Of a stretch of 64,000 nucleotides of DNA, positions 49,251-64,000 are shown piece by piece (within the stretch, counting starts at the first letter, position 1; the number at the start of each line of letters is the position of its first letter). The stretch is from the human T2T-CHM13v2.0 reference genome, Homo sapiens, in NCBI RefSeq assembly GCF_009914755.1, contig NC_060934.1. One strand, given 5' to 3'. The notes under the pieces are model-generated. The model saw only the letters and a program-made list of their open reading frames with translations. It had not been told where the DNA came from and searched no databases. The position numbers and the translations under genes are program-made.

Positions 49251-49554
49251 TTGTCCTATTTAAACTAATAATTTTAGAGAGCTTATATATTCCTGAAACA
49301 TTTGGAAATTTCTTAGTTGTCATTTTTCTCCAGTGGTGAAATTTAATCATTCTTTTACACAAAAACTCAAACCATCACAAAATATCTGTCCTTGTAAAGA
49401 AAAACTTCCTGATGAATGTAGTAATAATATCTGAAACTATACACATGAAGCTTTGTAGTTTTCAGATTTTTGCTTTATTTCATTTCATTTTTTCCTTTTA
49501 GGAGGGAAAATCATGTTTTTTTTTTTCTACAACTGTTAAAATTCAGTTATCTTC

Positions 49555-50050
<496 letters not shown>

Positions 50051-50060
50051 TTTAAATCGT

Positions 50061-50503
50061 ACAATTGACTCTTGAGCAACATGGGTTTGAACTGCCTGGG
50101 TCCAATGACACATGGATATTTTTCTTCTGCCTCTGCTACCCCTGAGACAAGAAGACCAACCCTCCTCTTCCTCCTCAGCCCACTCAACATGAAGAAGAGG
50201 ATGAAGACCTTTAAGATGATCTACTTCCACCTGAAGAACAGTAAATGCACTTTGTTTTCCTTATGACTTTCCTGATAACATTTTCTGTTCCTTAGCTGAC
50301 TTTATTGTAAGAATGCAGAATAGAATTCATATAACACACAAAATATGTGTTAATCGACATTTATGTTTTGGTAAGGCTTCCGGTCAACTGTAGGCTATTT
50401 GTAATTAAGTTTATTCAGAGTCAAAAGTTATGTGTGGATTTTCGACTCCATGGGGGGTCAGTGTGGTGCTCCCTCAACCCATGTGTTGCTGAAGGGTCAA
50501 TTG
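50061..50503. mobile_element. Tigger2a/MER28-like DNA transposon
   Basis: Terminal inverted repeats CAATTGACTCTTGAGCAACA ... TGTTGCTGAAGGGTCAATTG, preceded by TA. Confidence 0.85.
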
Positions 50504-50870
50504 TGTGTGGGTGGGTGCGGGGGTGTGTGGTGTGTGTGGGTGTGTATCTGGTGTTGTGTGTAGTGTTATGTGTGTGTGTACGGGGGTGTTATGTGTGGTG
50601 TGTGGGGGGTGTGCTGTGTGTGTGGTGTGTGGAGGGGGTGTGGTGTGTGTGTGATGTGTGTGGGTGGGCATGGGGTGTGTGTGTGGTGTGGTGTGTGTGG
50701 AGGGTGTGGTGGTGTGTGTTGTATGTGTGGTGTGTGTGGGGGTATGGATGTGGTATGGTGTGGTATGTGTATGGGGTGTGTGTGGGGGTGTGGTGGTGTG
50801 TGTGTTTACGCAGTATGTGTGTGTGGTGTGTGTGTGGGTGTGTGTGCGTGTTTGTGTCTGTGTGTGTGTC
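50503..50870. repeat. Degenerate (GT)n/(GGTGT)n low-complexity tract
   Basis: About 370 bp almost entirely G/T. Confidence 0.95.
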
Positions 50871-50899
50871 TCCGATGAAGTCTAAGGGAATTTTTTTCT

Positions 50900-51085
50900 T
50901 TTCTTTTTTTTTATTATACTTTAAGTTCTGAGGTACATGTGCACAACGTGCAGGTTTGTTACATAGGTATACATGCACCATGTTGGTTTGCTGCACCCAT
51001 CAACTCGTCATTTACATTAGGCATTTCTCCTAATACTATCCCTCCCCCAGCCCCCCACCCCCTGACAGGCCCCGGTGTGTGATGT
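50900..51085 (-). mobile_element. Short 5'-truncated L1PA 3' end
   Basis: TTATTATACTTTAAGTTCT..GTACATGTGCACAACGTGCAGG; 17-bp TSD TAAGGGAATTTTTTTCT at 50883-50899 and 51086-51102. Confidence 0.93.
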
Positions 51086-51915
51086 TAAGGGAATTTTTTT
51101 CTACACTATCTTTTATACTTTTCTTTAAGCCCCTTATTTTTCTTAAAGCCGTTCCCTTTGAGCATACTTAAAAGCCAATTAAAAATTAAACTTTAATAAA
51201 AGTTGACAGATATTGAAAGGTGGAAGGGACTGTGACAATAAAAATCATTCTAGTCATCGATGCTTCTCATAACAGATCCAGCTCGGTCCAGTCCTACCAA
51301 GTGGGCCTCACCAGAAACAGCAGACAGCAGGGGGAAACCAAAATGGAAATGTGGGTTCCCCCTCTCAGGCAGAAAACGACCCAGACAGACTACACCCAGC
51401 AAAACTACCTCCACGACTATCTACTGCAATGACAGCAACAACGAACATTCTCCATGAAGTCACAAATTTGTGAAGCACATTATGGCAAGTACTTGGCTTG
51501 TTGTATTACCTTGTAATACAGGCAAGATGGAGCTTGTAATTAATGCTATCTTGAGATGAAAAAAAAGCCTAAGAGAGAGTAAGGAGCAAAGATTTCAGAA
51601 GTGACTGATGAAGGTGACATGTGTCTGGAAGCACCCTGTACCTCATGGAGGTCCTCCCTATAACTTGCCTTACTGTGTGAGTATAATTCTTTATGCCATT
51701 TGAGGACAGAGGTATCCTTTAGTGAAACCCATCTTAGCTCCTTTCCCAAAGAACTGGGAGGTTTTTTCAAACTTTGACAACTCCGTCTATGTAGCTGTGT
51801 AGTTAAATACAAAAAGCTTTACACAATCAATAAAGCACCAATAGCCCCAAATGCAAACAACTCCAAAGAGAACAAGAAGGCAACTAAGATGCATTCATTG
51901 AAAAAGAAAAGTTTA

Positions 51916-52242
<327 letters not shown>

Positions 52243-52609
52243 CTATGGTGCCTCAAACCAAACAGAAAAAAACCTGAGCTTATTATTTTCTTCCCAAACC
52301 TGTCTCCATCTGTTCTATTTTTCAGCTGTCCAACACAGAAACGTAGGTATCATTCCATCCCATCAGTTACTGTCTGTCAATGTTACCACCTGTATATTTT
52401 TCATATAAAATCCCTCCCTGCCTCCACTGTCACTGTCCTAGTTCACATGGGACATGAAGCTCATGTTCTTACTGGTCTCCTAACCTCTAGTTTCCATCCC
52501 TCCACCCTCTTCTCCACACTGATCTTTCATAGGAAAATCTGACCATATCTCATATCCACCACTTGGCTATGCAAATTTCTCAATGGTCAGCATGATAAAA
52601 TTGGAGCTC

Positions 52610-52921
52610 GTTTATTTATTTACTTATGTATTTTTGAGATGCAGTATCACTCTGTCACATAGGCTGGAGTGCAGTGGTATGATCTCAGCTCACTGAAACC
52701 TCTGCCTCCTGGGTTCAAATGTCTCTCCTGCCTGAGCCTCCTGGGTAGAATACCTGGGATCATAGGTGCACACCACCACACTTAGCTAATTTTTGTATTT
52801 TTAGTAGAGACAAGGTTTCGCCATCTTGACAAGGCTGTTCTTGAACTCCTGGCCTCAGCTGACCCTCCAGCCTCAGCCTCCCAAAGTGCTGAGGCTACAG
52901 GCGTGAGCCACCACGCCTGGG
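52610..52921 (-). mobile_element. AluS (old)
   Basis: TSD GGAGCT(C/T)GTTTATTTA at ~52602 and ~52923. Confidence 0.9.
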
Positions 52922-53254
52922 AGGAGCTTGTTTATTTAGCACAGAGGACTTTCATTAGCACTTTTGATTCCCTGCCATTATTATAAACATTTATTTGTTT
53001 ATAGTTGGTTTCCTCAACTGTAATGGAAGCTCCATCAGGGCTGGATGGCCAGTAGCTAGAATAATGCCTGGTACACGATTGGGAACTTGGTAAATCCTCA
53101 TTCACTGAACAGCAGATATCCAGGATTCCCTGTCTAGCCTGACCTCTGACCTTACAGCCACCTGCCTCACACTTTATACTCAACAGTGCCAAAAAACCGA
53201 CAATTCCTAGGCCCCAGGCAGGCAGTGCTGTGAGTGTTTAAATATGTCATTCGC

Positions 53255-53600
<346 letters not shown>

Positions 53601-53753
53601 TCAATCACTAATTTAACCAGAGCATTTAGTGGCTACAATTTAATGAGTATACGACTTTGCACAGAGACTGAAGCATGAGTGGGCAGTTTCATCTAATAGC
53701 TGTGCCAATGAAGATGGAATTCTGATGCTGCAGTTCCGCTTGGGGTCTATGGA

Positions 53754-54136
53754 TGTATTCGTCTGTTCTCCCATTGCTATAAAGGAATGCCTGAGGCTAG
53801 GTAACTTACAAGAAAAGAGGTTTAACTGACTCATGGTTCTACCGGCTGTATAAGAAGCATGGCAGCTACTGCTTGTGGGGAGGTCTCAGGGAGCTTTTAC
53901 TCGTGGTGGAAGGCAATGCAGGAGCATGTGTATTACATGGCAGGAGAAGAAGAGCACGAGGGGTCTTGCAATAACTCACTCACTATCATAAGGACAGTAC
54001 CAAGAGGGGATGGTGCTAAACCATTCATGAGAGCTCCGCCCGCAAATCTAATCACCTCCCACCAGGCCCCACCTCCAACAATGGGGATTACAATTCCACA
54101 TGAGATTTGGTGGGGACACAGATCCAGACCATATCA
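53754..54136. mobile_element. MST (MaLR) solo LTR, MSTA/B-like; MIR follows (~54150-54360)
   Basis: TGTATTCGTCTGTTCTCCCATTGCTATAAAGGAAT ... ACATGAGATTTGGTGGGGACACAGATCCAGACCATATCA. Confidence 0.9.
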
Positions 54137-54905
54137 ATGGAGTCTGATGGAGCCTTTAGACCCAGAACCATGGGGTTCTCTTCCCAGCTTGGCCACTAAC
54201 CTCAGGGGTGACCAGGACCCAGTCCCTTAGCCCCTTTGAAAAGGCTTGGCTTCCTCTGTATAAAATGAAAGCACTAAAACCTGCTTTCCCTACCTCACAA
54301 ATGTTAAGAGGATCAAGTGCTGCAAAGCAATACACGAAGACAGGTTATCATTATTATTATTTACCGCTCCCCGGTTCTGCAACCTCAGTTGAACCAAAAC
54401 TCCTCTCTTCACCTTTGCATAAAGAAAGACAGAGGATTGTCACCTCTCAACTACAGAGAAGAATTGCAAAAATGAATGAAGCAGCATTAGGGAATATATT
54501 CTTCCCTCCATGGCATGAAGGTGCTTTATAAACTATTCCTATTTAACACAGACAGAAAAAAAATCAACCATACTACAACTTGTCTGTCAGTTCACGCTAT
54601 GCAAATAAGTCCCTTCTTGGTCAACAGAACTGAGATAAAATTTTACTGGACACAAAATACAGTAAAAATTTAACTTCCTTATTGTGCCAACTATTAGCTT
54701 CTCAATTAGCTCTCAAATCTTCACTAATGTAGGCCACCAAAAGGACATATTAAAACAATAAAACTTTTTTTAAAACCCAAAACACAAAAAGAAATCAGAA
54801 ATCCACTTCTGTGTAATGATATAAATGGAATCCCTCCCCTGGCCCTACCCAGCACGCCCCTTCCACTCTCTTTCTCTCCATCCTTTCCTCTCCACTGATA
54901 CTCAC

Positions 54906-55026
54906 CCAAGGTTCAGGTGTTTGAGTTTTTGAAGCCTGCTGATCTGTGTTGGCAGCTCCTCGATCTGGTTATTTAAAAATTTGAGCACTTCCAAATTCTT
55001 CAGTTCTGCTGTGTTTGGTGGCACCA
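54906..55026 (-). pseudogene. RSU1P2: RSU1-like exon, 121 nt: VPPNTAELKNLEVLKFLNNQIEELPTQISRLQKLKHLNLG
   Basis: Donor CTTGG|gtgagt intact. The acceptor position reads ttccatGG| rather than AG|. Confidence 0.95.
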
Positions 55027-55610
55027 CCATGGAAACATAAATGCTGAGTGTGAATCTGGGAACGGAACTCCTAGCAAGGGATGGCAGCAGCACACTTTGT
55101 TTTTCTTCAAAGCTAAGAAACATATAACTCCAAAAGGACCATCGAATTCACCTATCGGTCTTACTTATTTTTTATGGGTTTTTCATAAGCAGTCACTCAC
55201 TTCTGAGTGGCCGCTGAAATGCTCCTTCGTATATCATTAGCTAAGTGTTTGGCATAGTTTGTTTCAGACAGACAATGAAGAGGGAAACAGAGCAAAAAGG
55301 CACAAAAGAGAATTTCTGTACCATAGCAGCCTATAAAAGTGAATATTACGAAGCATATACACTTATAGCTGTCATATAGGATCTTTTAAGTGCAATTGTT
55401 TTTTTCTTTCGGTTTTCTTGCATTGCCACCAGAAGAAAGACAGCAACCTCCAAATCCCTTCCTGGGTGACATACATTGAAGCTGTTTAACCCAGTATCTG
55501 AACAGCTGTCCTCTTAACATTGCATTATATTAGCTCAATTTTAAATAATGAAATATTCAATCTCCCTAGTTTCTGATTTTGGCTTCTGGAGTAGTGTATC
55601 TTGAACAATA

Positions 55611-55661
55611 CCACACACACATACAAACATACACACATACATACACATACACACACACACA
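55611..55661. repeat. Imperfect (CA)n microsatellite
   Basis: CACACACACATACAAACATACACACATAC... Confidence 0.9.
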
Positions 55662-56731
55662 AATGTTACATCAGATTAGCAACACATCGATATACTGTTA
55701 TTATATGGAAATAAAAAAGTCAACTCAGTAACATGCTATGAACACTAGTGTGCAGATCAAAGGTGAAAATCAACCACTGGGGACCTGAAAGGTTCCTCCT
55801 TCCCTAGCATATATATACTTGAAAATACAAATGTAAAAGCCAAAGGCATCTTTATCTCAAAAGTACAAACTATAAATTGGCAGTAGAAGGACTTTCCATA
55901 GGCTGTAATTCATCTATCCCATTTGCTATTCAATCATTCTACAAACATTTGTATGGGCGATAAGCTTGGCCATGGTTCATGTAAACTCTGATACCAAGAC
56001 TATCCAGGTAACTAAAAACATGAACAGGGACCTGGAGCCCAGTCTGAAAAAGTGTGATATCTCATATCAGTCAGGTTTACTTCCCATCCCATCTGCTTCC
56101 TCCAGGGGTGCCCCAGGAGGCCAGAAAACCAACCTGCTTGCCTGCAGTCAGACCTAAACTCAGACCCAAGAGCACTTGTGATCAGAACCAGCACAAAGGT
56201 GAGTGTAAAATGCCAAACATACATCTAAAATATTTAAGCAGCTAGCCATTTCAAGGACACCAATTGATAACTCCTAGGGCAACAAAATTAAAAGGACAGG
56301 CACATTGCTAATTATAGTTTTGAGTAATCATTTTCAGCTTTCTGAAATGTCTACAGTATCGCTGACCTGATTTCTTTTAGAGTGAATGCTTGGTGAAAGG
56401 TAAAAGAAATGTTTTCACTGGAAGAAGGGACTGTGAAGAATACGGATTACTCTGAACTAGGGCACATGGGCAGGGAGCAGTGGTCTAGTGAGCAGTCCCT
56501 GGGTGAGCTCCTGAAGTGGCTGTTGATAAAAGAACAGGTTTTCATGGGGTAATCTAGACAGCTGGAAGTTCCTCCAGAACCCTCCCTCTTGGATACCTGC
56601 AGGAATTGAAAGGAATCCTACCTGTACAATATGGACACAAATGCACATTCTTAGGTGCACACTCCATGGAACACTTCTGTGGAAATGAATGGTATTCACC
56701 TTGTGTAAGCAATTATCAAGAAAATCACCAG

Positions 56732-57021
<290 letters not shown>

Positions 57022-59254
57022 AAGAAAATCACCAGGCTGTGTCTTCTAGGTCACTGGATGTCATCTCCTCCCCCCAGATCATAAAGTATATACAGTGCAG
57101 CTGCCCACAGACCTCATCCCTCCCCTGTCCACCCTCCAGCTACCACTAAGCCTTCATCTGATTAGTTTGAAGAGTAATAACAAAAGTTAGTGAAATCAGG
57201 AGAAAACGATGATCTCAAATTAGCCACAAACCAAGAATAATGCAGCCAGAATTACTGTCATCTTCCCAAAGTTACTCTGCCAGTTGAATTAAATGCTCGT
57301 CTAAAGGTATCGCCTTTTTGACAGGATGAGAGATTATTTCACTCTCCTTGCTAAATCAGTCCAATTTAAAACCACAAATTATGCTAAATGTGGTTTAGGG
57401 CTTTGTCTTGTGGATGCAAACAATAACCTCATATTCAATTTACAAAACCTCTCCCAGCCTTTTGGTGAGCATGTGAATTTTTTGCTTAAGACTCCATTCA
57501 AGCTAGATGAGAAAAAAAATTACACAGCTAATATTCTCCCTAATATACAGAATTTTTTAAACCCCCAGTCATAGTGAAAATCTAAAGAAATTAACATGCA
57601 GACCCATCTGGATGGGATGGTATTCACTCTTTGAACCAATACTTAGAGAATGCTGATTAGGTGCACAGCACCATACTTTTTACACATAGCATCTCAATAC
57701 TTTGGGGATAAAGTAGAAGAGGAATGTTACTTAAGGAAAGTAAGTTACAAAAGATAGGGTATCAAAGTCAATAAACTGAAACAGGCCTAGTGCTTGGAAT
57801 ATAAACTACTCCCAACCAAACAAGTTGTCCAGAAAAAATAACCAGTTAGCAATATGAATTGTGTCATGACTAAATCATATACATACGTGGCAGGAACAAT
57901 TTTAGCTATTTCAAAAAGGCCACTGCGATATCTTACCAGTCAAAATATTTTATTGGAATTTTCCAAATAGCTATAGGATGCATGAGCAAGAAGCATTTAA
58001 AACCTAATAGCATGCATCAGTATATTTCTTATCATGTCTTTGAAACGTTCCTTTTTCATCAATCTATCCAGCTTCTGACCTATGACCCCAGCTGACCTAT
58101 GACATCAAAGAAACTGAAGAGCAATGTGGTCCTTGGCCCTACAGTGCTGTGTGTGCCCTTACTCAACTCATAACCTCTCTGGGCCTCTGTAAAATAAGAA
58201 GACTGGATTATGACCATTTCCAAGGTCTCTTCCACTTTGTTTTAACATTCTAGGATTCTAAAAGGAGATGGATTATGAAAATCAATGATATGGCTTTAAA
58301 TAATTCAACAAATGGGGCCCTCAATTAGGAAGCTTAGTCATGTAGAACTTTGCTTTTGACAAAGAATTGAGTATCATTTTCTGCCTAGCCAAAGACGGTT
58401 GCTTTAAGTTTGAGACTTCAGTTGCTAGGTTTGGGGGAACAGTCCCAAAGGACTCAGACATTCCCTGGCTCCTCAATGTCACATTTTGCTCTAGCCGCAG
58501 GATCACAGGACTGCTGGGGATGCTCTCGTCCCAGAGCATCTGCTGGTGTTTTGGAAAGGTGACAAGGATGTGGTCACATCACCCCAGAGACAAATCTCAA
58601 AGTTTCTTCTAGGCTCTGCAGCAGTTCCACCTAACACACCTGGCATGACCTTTTTTCCTTCAAGTTCTCCTAAACTGAAGAACCTGAATGTGATTCAAGA
58701 GTTTTGTCCATCTGATGTGCCAGCCCTAGACTTGGCAATTCAGCACCCCTGACTCCTGCAGCACAGTTTCTGGAAGGTTCCACAAGCAGCCCAAAGTGCC
58801 TGAAGGGCTCATTAACTTCTCTTTGGCTGGAAGCACCTCCACTTTGCTGGACAGGCTGGAGAAACCAGAGTCCATCTGTGCGAAACACTGGCACAGCCCC
58901 TTCCTGAGCAACAGCTTTACTCCTAAAAGGACATGTATCTACGGCCATTGGTTATATCTGCAACAGGCATGAGCCACCCAGCACTGCACAGTTGATGCAC
59001 ATTCACAAAATCAACAATCAATCAGCTCAAGAATAGGCTTCCCCCAACCAGCCAGCAGCCCGCAAACTATCTCCCCTCCACACGAAGAATCAAAATCAAC
59101 TACTGTTATAACAATAGTTTCAATTCTGTTGAATTGAGTAAGGAAAATTCTGTTCTATGATCTAAAATTAATAATTCCACAACCAACAACTTAAAGCATT
59201 TTAGGAGTTTACACAATAATAATTAGCAGGGTGTGTTCTGGGGCTGGGCTATCT

Positions 59255-59632
59255 GATGGACAGCCACTAGCTATATGCAGCTATTTGAATTTAAACCTAG
59301 ATTAATCAAAAATAAAATGATGAATGCTATTGTTTGGTCACAGCAGCCACATTTAAAGAGCTCAATAGCCACATGTGGTGTCTAGTGGCTTCACTACTGC
59401 ATGGCAGGGATACTGACCGTTTCATCACCACAGAACGTTCTATTAGACAGCCCTGCTCTATGGCAGTGGGTCTCAAACCACGGAGACATCGGAATCACCA
59501 GAGGCCTTGCTAAAACACAGATGGAGGGGTATCCCAGAGTTTCTGATTTAGTAGTAGGTTTGGGGTAAAGCCTGAGAATCTGAATTTCCAGCAACTTCTC
59601 AGGGGATGCTGATGTTGCTGTTCTGGGAACCA
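59255..59632. mobile_element. Adjacent hAT-Charlie MITEs (MER3-like, then MER5A-like)
   Basis: AGCCACATGTGG and CAGAACGTTCTATTAGACAG; CAGTGGGTCTCAAAC...TTTCTGATTTAGTAG...GATGCTGATGTTGCTG. Confidence 0.75.
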
Positions 59633-62600
59633 TATTATGGCTCAGAAAACTTTTAATTCATTGGCAGCATCACGATTATCGATCCAACACATATGTCCCT
59701 TACCCCATGCAATAATGCGATGAGTATAATAATCAATCTTATCCAAATGAAGACGCCTACTGAGCCTGGGGATTGATGAGAAGTGAAACAAATGATACTC
59801 TAGATAGCTAACACGTTCAACGTGGGTGCCACAATCAAACCCTTTCTAGTCAACTTCTGCTTCCCCACACAGGATTTTATGGTAAGATCAGTATTGCTTA
59901 AGATGGACAATGTTCCAGAGGAGAAAAGCCTTGAATTCCCTAGCACACTGAATTAAGTCACTTGGTGGCAAATTCATCATGACCAAGGGTGGCCATACAA
60001 AGAGATGTCACCTGCTATACTGCTCAGCTTCAAAACACTGAACCTTAACGGCAGGATGCTGGGTGGTAGTGATGGCACAGACAGACCGGCTTGGGTGCAG
60101 CTGATTAGGGGGCTTTTTGAGCAAAAGCATCTTGTGGCCCTTGAGGCAAAGAAACAAAGCTGTAAGGAGCGACAGACTCTGGGAGCAGCAGGCACAATGC
60201 AAAAACATAAGGACAGGAGGTCTGCTTGGGTGCAGCCCACGGGAGGGTGAGGGGGTCACACTTTGGTCTTTAGAGTCATATGGTTACCAGCAACAGTCAG
60301 GTTCTCTTCAGCTCCAGAAGGGCAGCACTAGACCCTGCACCATGATAACGCATACCCACGGCTGCCAGGAAGCCAGAAGCTGCTCCAAACACATGGCACT
60401 TTCCATCCACAGCACGGGCATGAAATCTGGCGGTGACCTCCACCCACCATCTCCACCAAACTTCTGGGGAGTTGGGGGCTGCACTACACCCAACTGTTTT
60501 TGCAGAAGCACCAAAGGATGTTTTTAGAGCTAGTGATTCCTGAGCTAGGGCTGGCCCAGAGCATGAAAGCCAGGGGACAAAGCCTCTTTGAAAAAAGTGA
60601 ACTGATGTCTGAACCTCTGCTTCCAGTGATGGATGGTGAATTACAGCAAGGGAATGAAGAGGAGGACTTAGGGCAGGCAATTGCTCACAGCCAGGGCTAG
60701 GACAGCAGGTGGCACAGGGGCATGCCCGCCCTTGTGCTGCAATGGAGGCAACATACTGTGCTGTGCCCATTTCCAGGATGCAAAAATGCCACCTACCCTC
60801 AGGCCAAAGGGTCCCCAAAGAAACCACATGGAATGAGTCACAGCAAAATGAAGCTGAGTAGCATTGCTTCTAAAAACCTGACATACTGCTATTTTAAAAA
60901 AAGGAGGTTTTTGTCTGTTGCCGTAACAAATGAAAATGCCTGGTCAGATGTTCACAATGTCGTATATTTCTACAGCTTTTTAAAATAAAGCATAGAAGGA
61001 TAGAGGATGGTAGAGGATATTAAAATGAGCTTGTCACTTAGATAACTTAGTATGTTACATTACTACAATTAAGTTACTAGAAAAACCACTAAAAACCTGA
61101 GAATAGATGAAAATGAGTGAGATTATTCATTATATATACGGGAGAGGGAAGGACCACTTATGAGAAAATGGTGAAAGTAAACATTTCCTTGCCCCAGCAT
61201 TTGATGAATATGATACTGAAAAACAAGTGCCCCACTTTGGCCTGAATGAAGCAAGGGAGAAAAAAACCAAATTAGCAGAAACGAGATGAAATATGACTTG
61301 GGGCATCCGTGGTCAAAGTGAAAGCACAGGCTTTTTAATCTCTAGCCATAATAACTGGAGAACATTAGTCCATTCACAGCACAAAGGTGGTGTCTAGACT
61401 AATTATAGACATGCCAAGTCTTTCAGCAAATCATAGTTCTCGATGCCATTTTAATGATTTTACATAAAGAAGAATCTTCTCACTCTCGCGTAAGGAATAA
61501 TTAAACTATTCAGCACTTTATATGCAAAAAAGGTCATTTGTAGTTATAGTGATTAATTACCTTCAAGTCCTCCTAAGCACTTTATATGCAAAAAAAGGTC
61601 ATTTGTAGTCATAGTGATTAATTACCTTTGTTTTCTGGCCAAAAACACAAGGTGGATAATGAACTTATTACATATTACCATAAGAGTTTGAAATTCGAAA
61701 GTATACTAATGATAACTGGCTTCACAGATTTTACGGAATTTCACCCAAAGCAGCTATTAAAGCAGTGAATTACAGTAGTTCTAGGTTATTTAAAGTTTAT
61801 GAAACAGTGAAACAAATTCTCATTTAAAAGGTTCTACATGTTCCTCAAGGTAAACATAAAATAGCAAAATATCGAAGCATCTACCCCAAGAAAGGCCAAC
61901 AAATATTATTAGCTTTATAAATAACAAAGTTCTCCAAATATTATTAGTTTTATAAATAACAAAGGTAATGCTACTTTCAGTTAATAAACAACAAGTATTT
62001 ACTGAGAACCTGTGCCCCAAAAGCACATGCTCACTCTATGCTATTATGAGCCGCCTCAGGATTCTATAGCCTAAGTCATTTAGTAAACAAAAATGTCCCT
62101 GGCTTAACTCACTGCAACACAATGGTCCTACTCTTTCAGCAGCAATGTGAAAATGAATTGCATGAAAATTAGAGAAAAAAGGTATAAGCAAGTAATAAGG
62201 TAGATTTTAGTGTATAAAGCCAAACGTGCAAAAATATATGTTCCTGAGCTATAAAAAGGTGTATGCATAACCAAACAAATCTCCTAAAAAACTGACAAGC
62301 ATAGATTTCTTCTCCTCTGAGGATATAAAAATTAGTTAATTTCTGAATCTTGTGTTAACTTCCAAAGCATCTTCAGGAGGACATATGAACTCTGAATTCT
62401 TGCAGGAACACCGCTTCTAAATTGCACTCCAGTTCTGATGCGCTACCCCTCCAGCAAAGCCATACATGAATAAAGAGCTTTAATTGGGGAGCTGGGAGGG
62501 AGAAGCAGCGCTGAGAGGAAAGGAAGTGGCATTCAATGGCATTCAGTGGCCTGGGGAGGAAGTGACATCCAGTGAAGGGTAAGAAAAGGAAGGGTAGGAA

Positions 62601-62907
62601 AAATGCCCAGGAAATTCCAAAACACCGGGAAGAGAGAAAAAGAGAATATGAAAAAAAATTCAACCCATCAATGGAGAATAACAAGCTCAGTGTTATAAAA
62701 GGAGTGATCTAGGCTCTTTTATATGAGTACATGTCTTTATTATGTATAATATATATGAATGTATATCTATATGTAAGCCTCGATTATTAACATTACGAGG
62801 TAGACAGTAAGCAAGTCACATTCTATCTTGCACTCTCTTACACGCACACATAAAAAGCATGTTTTGTCATTAGTTTCTGTCTTCTTTTACAATTAAGAAT
62901 TAATCTA

Positions 62908-63200
62908 GGCTGGGTGCAGTGGCTCACACTTGTAATCCCAGCACTTTGGGAAGCTGAGATGGGTGGGTTGCTTGAGCCCAGGAGTTTCAGACCAGCCTGG
63001 GCAACAGGGCAAAACCCCACCTCTACAAAAAATTAGCTTGGCATGGTGGTGCATGCCTGTAGTCCCAGCTACTCAGGAGCCTAAGGTGGAAAGATCACTT
63101 GAACCTGGAGGTTAAGGCTGCAGTGAGCCGAGATTGCACCACTGCACTCCAGCCTGGGCAACAAAGTAAGGCCCTGTCTCAAAAAAAAAAAAAAAAAAAA
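62908..63200 (+). mobile_element. AluJ
   Basis: Dimer with poly-A; A(A/G)GAATTAATC(T/C)AG on both flanks. Confidence 0.9.
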
Positions 63201-64000
63201 GGAATTAATCCAGCAAGAGGCCAAAACTGGACTGCTTCTCTTCCTACTGGACCTTATCTTTAGGGTCACTGCATGAGGAGGACAGGAATGGGAGGGAAAG
63301 GAAGAGGCCCAGGGCTGGGAAAATCCACCAAATCCACATGGGAGCTTTGATCTTCCCCTTTGAACTAACACAGCTATGGCTTTTAACCTTAGGAAATGTC
63401 CCTGTTCTTCTAATGGAATGAGTAAGGATCCAGAGCCACAGGAACACTTTGTCCATGGCGTTCCTAGATTGACCTGATGGGGCATCTCAAGTGCACAAGT
63501 GCACACACACATCACTTGCAGAGACAGCAGGGGACATGGTGGAGCAGCCACTTGGAAGCCATGCAGAAAGCTCTGTCGTTCCCTCGTTCTGGTCACTTAA
63601 CCACTTTACACCTGTTTCCTCCACGTGATATAGAGTGGGGGTTCAACAAATTTGCTCTTTTCCCTTTCATCTCCTGCTGAAGTTATTACATAGGTGTTGT
63701 TCTTGATGGTCCCCAGGCTGTGGGGTACCTTGTATTTCTTTCCACACATTGCTGGTTCAGTTGGATGAAAAGGAGGGCTTCACAGAGAAAGATGAGCATT
63801 CATCTCAACTTTCTGAAGGATGAGCAAAATTCAGAGAGAGGGGTAGGAACTTAAGATTTTAGAAAAAAACAGGTAACTAGAACAAAAAATATATAGGCAG
63901 GGGAAAAAAAGCTAAAGAAATAGCAAAAAATTAGACAAAAGAGGGTTCAGACTGAAAACAGCAAAATGCAAGGTCCATTAGTTTGTTAACTGGTTATCAA

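Noticed and set aside
50347-50996. Cys/Val-rich and His/Thr-rich ORFs
   Set aside because: Translations of the GT low-complexity tract.
59977-60988. Cluster of overlapping 60-176-aa ORFs
   Set aside because: No recognisable domain or exon structure; moderately GC-rich sequence, probably RSU1-derived intron.

Overview
This is primate, almost certainly human, genomic DNA. It is repeat-dense (about 30 Alus, L1, L2, MIR, MaLR/ERV LTRs, Tigger/MER DNA transposons), and I can support no intact protein-coding gene. Three pseudogenes, all on the minus strand, are recognisable by translation. (1) A processed CEP164 5' fragment (~9753-10616), cut by the 3' LTR of a truncated HERV-I provirus. (2) A 5'-truncated processed RPS19 copy (12075-12541) inside a nested Alu stack. 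(3) A duplicated, intron-retaining RSU1 copy with four consecutive exons (45593-55026), one split by an AluS insertion and one lacking its acceptor AG. From memory this combination fits the CEP164P1/RPS19P/RSU1P2 region of chr10q11.21; I have not verified that. Almost all ORFs in the track are Alu, L1 or low-complexity artefacts. I found no convincing new biological system. The points of interest are insertion history, a possible promoter plus splice donor carried by the CEP164 retrocopy, and a few small structural signals. Repeat boundaries and subfamilies were read by eye and are approximate. Parent-gene comparisons use remembered sequences.
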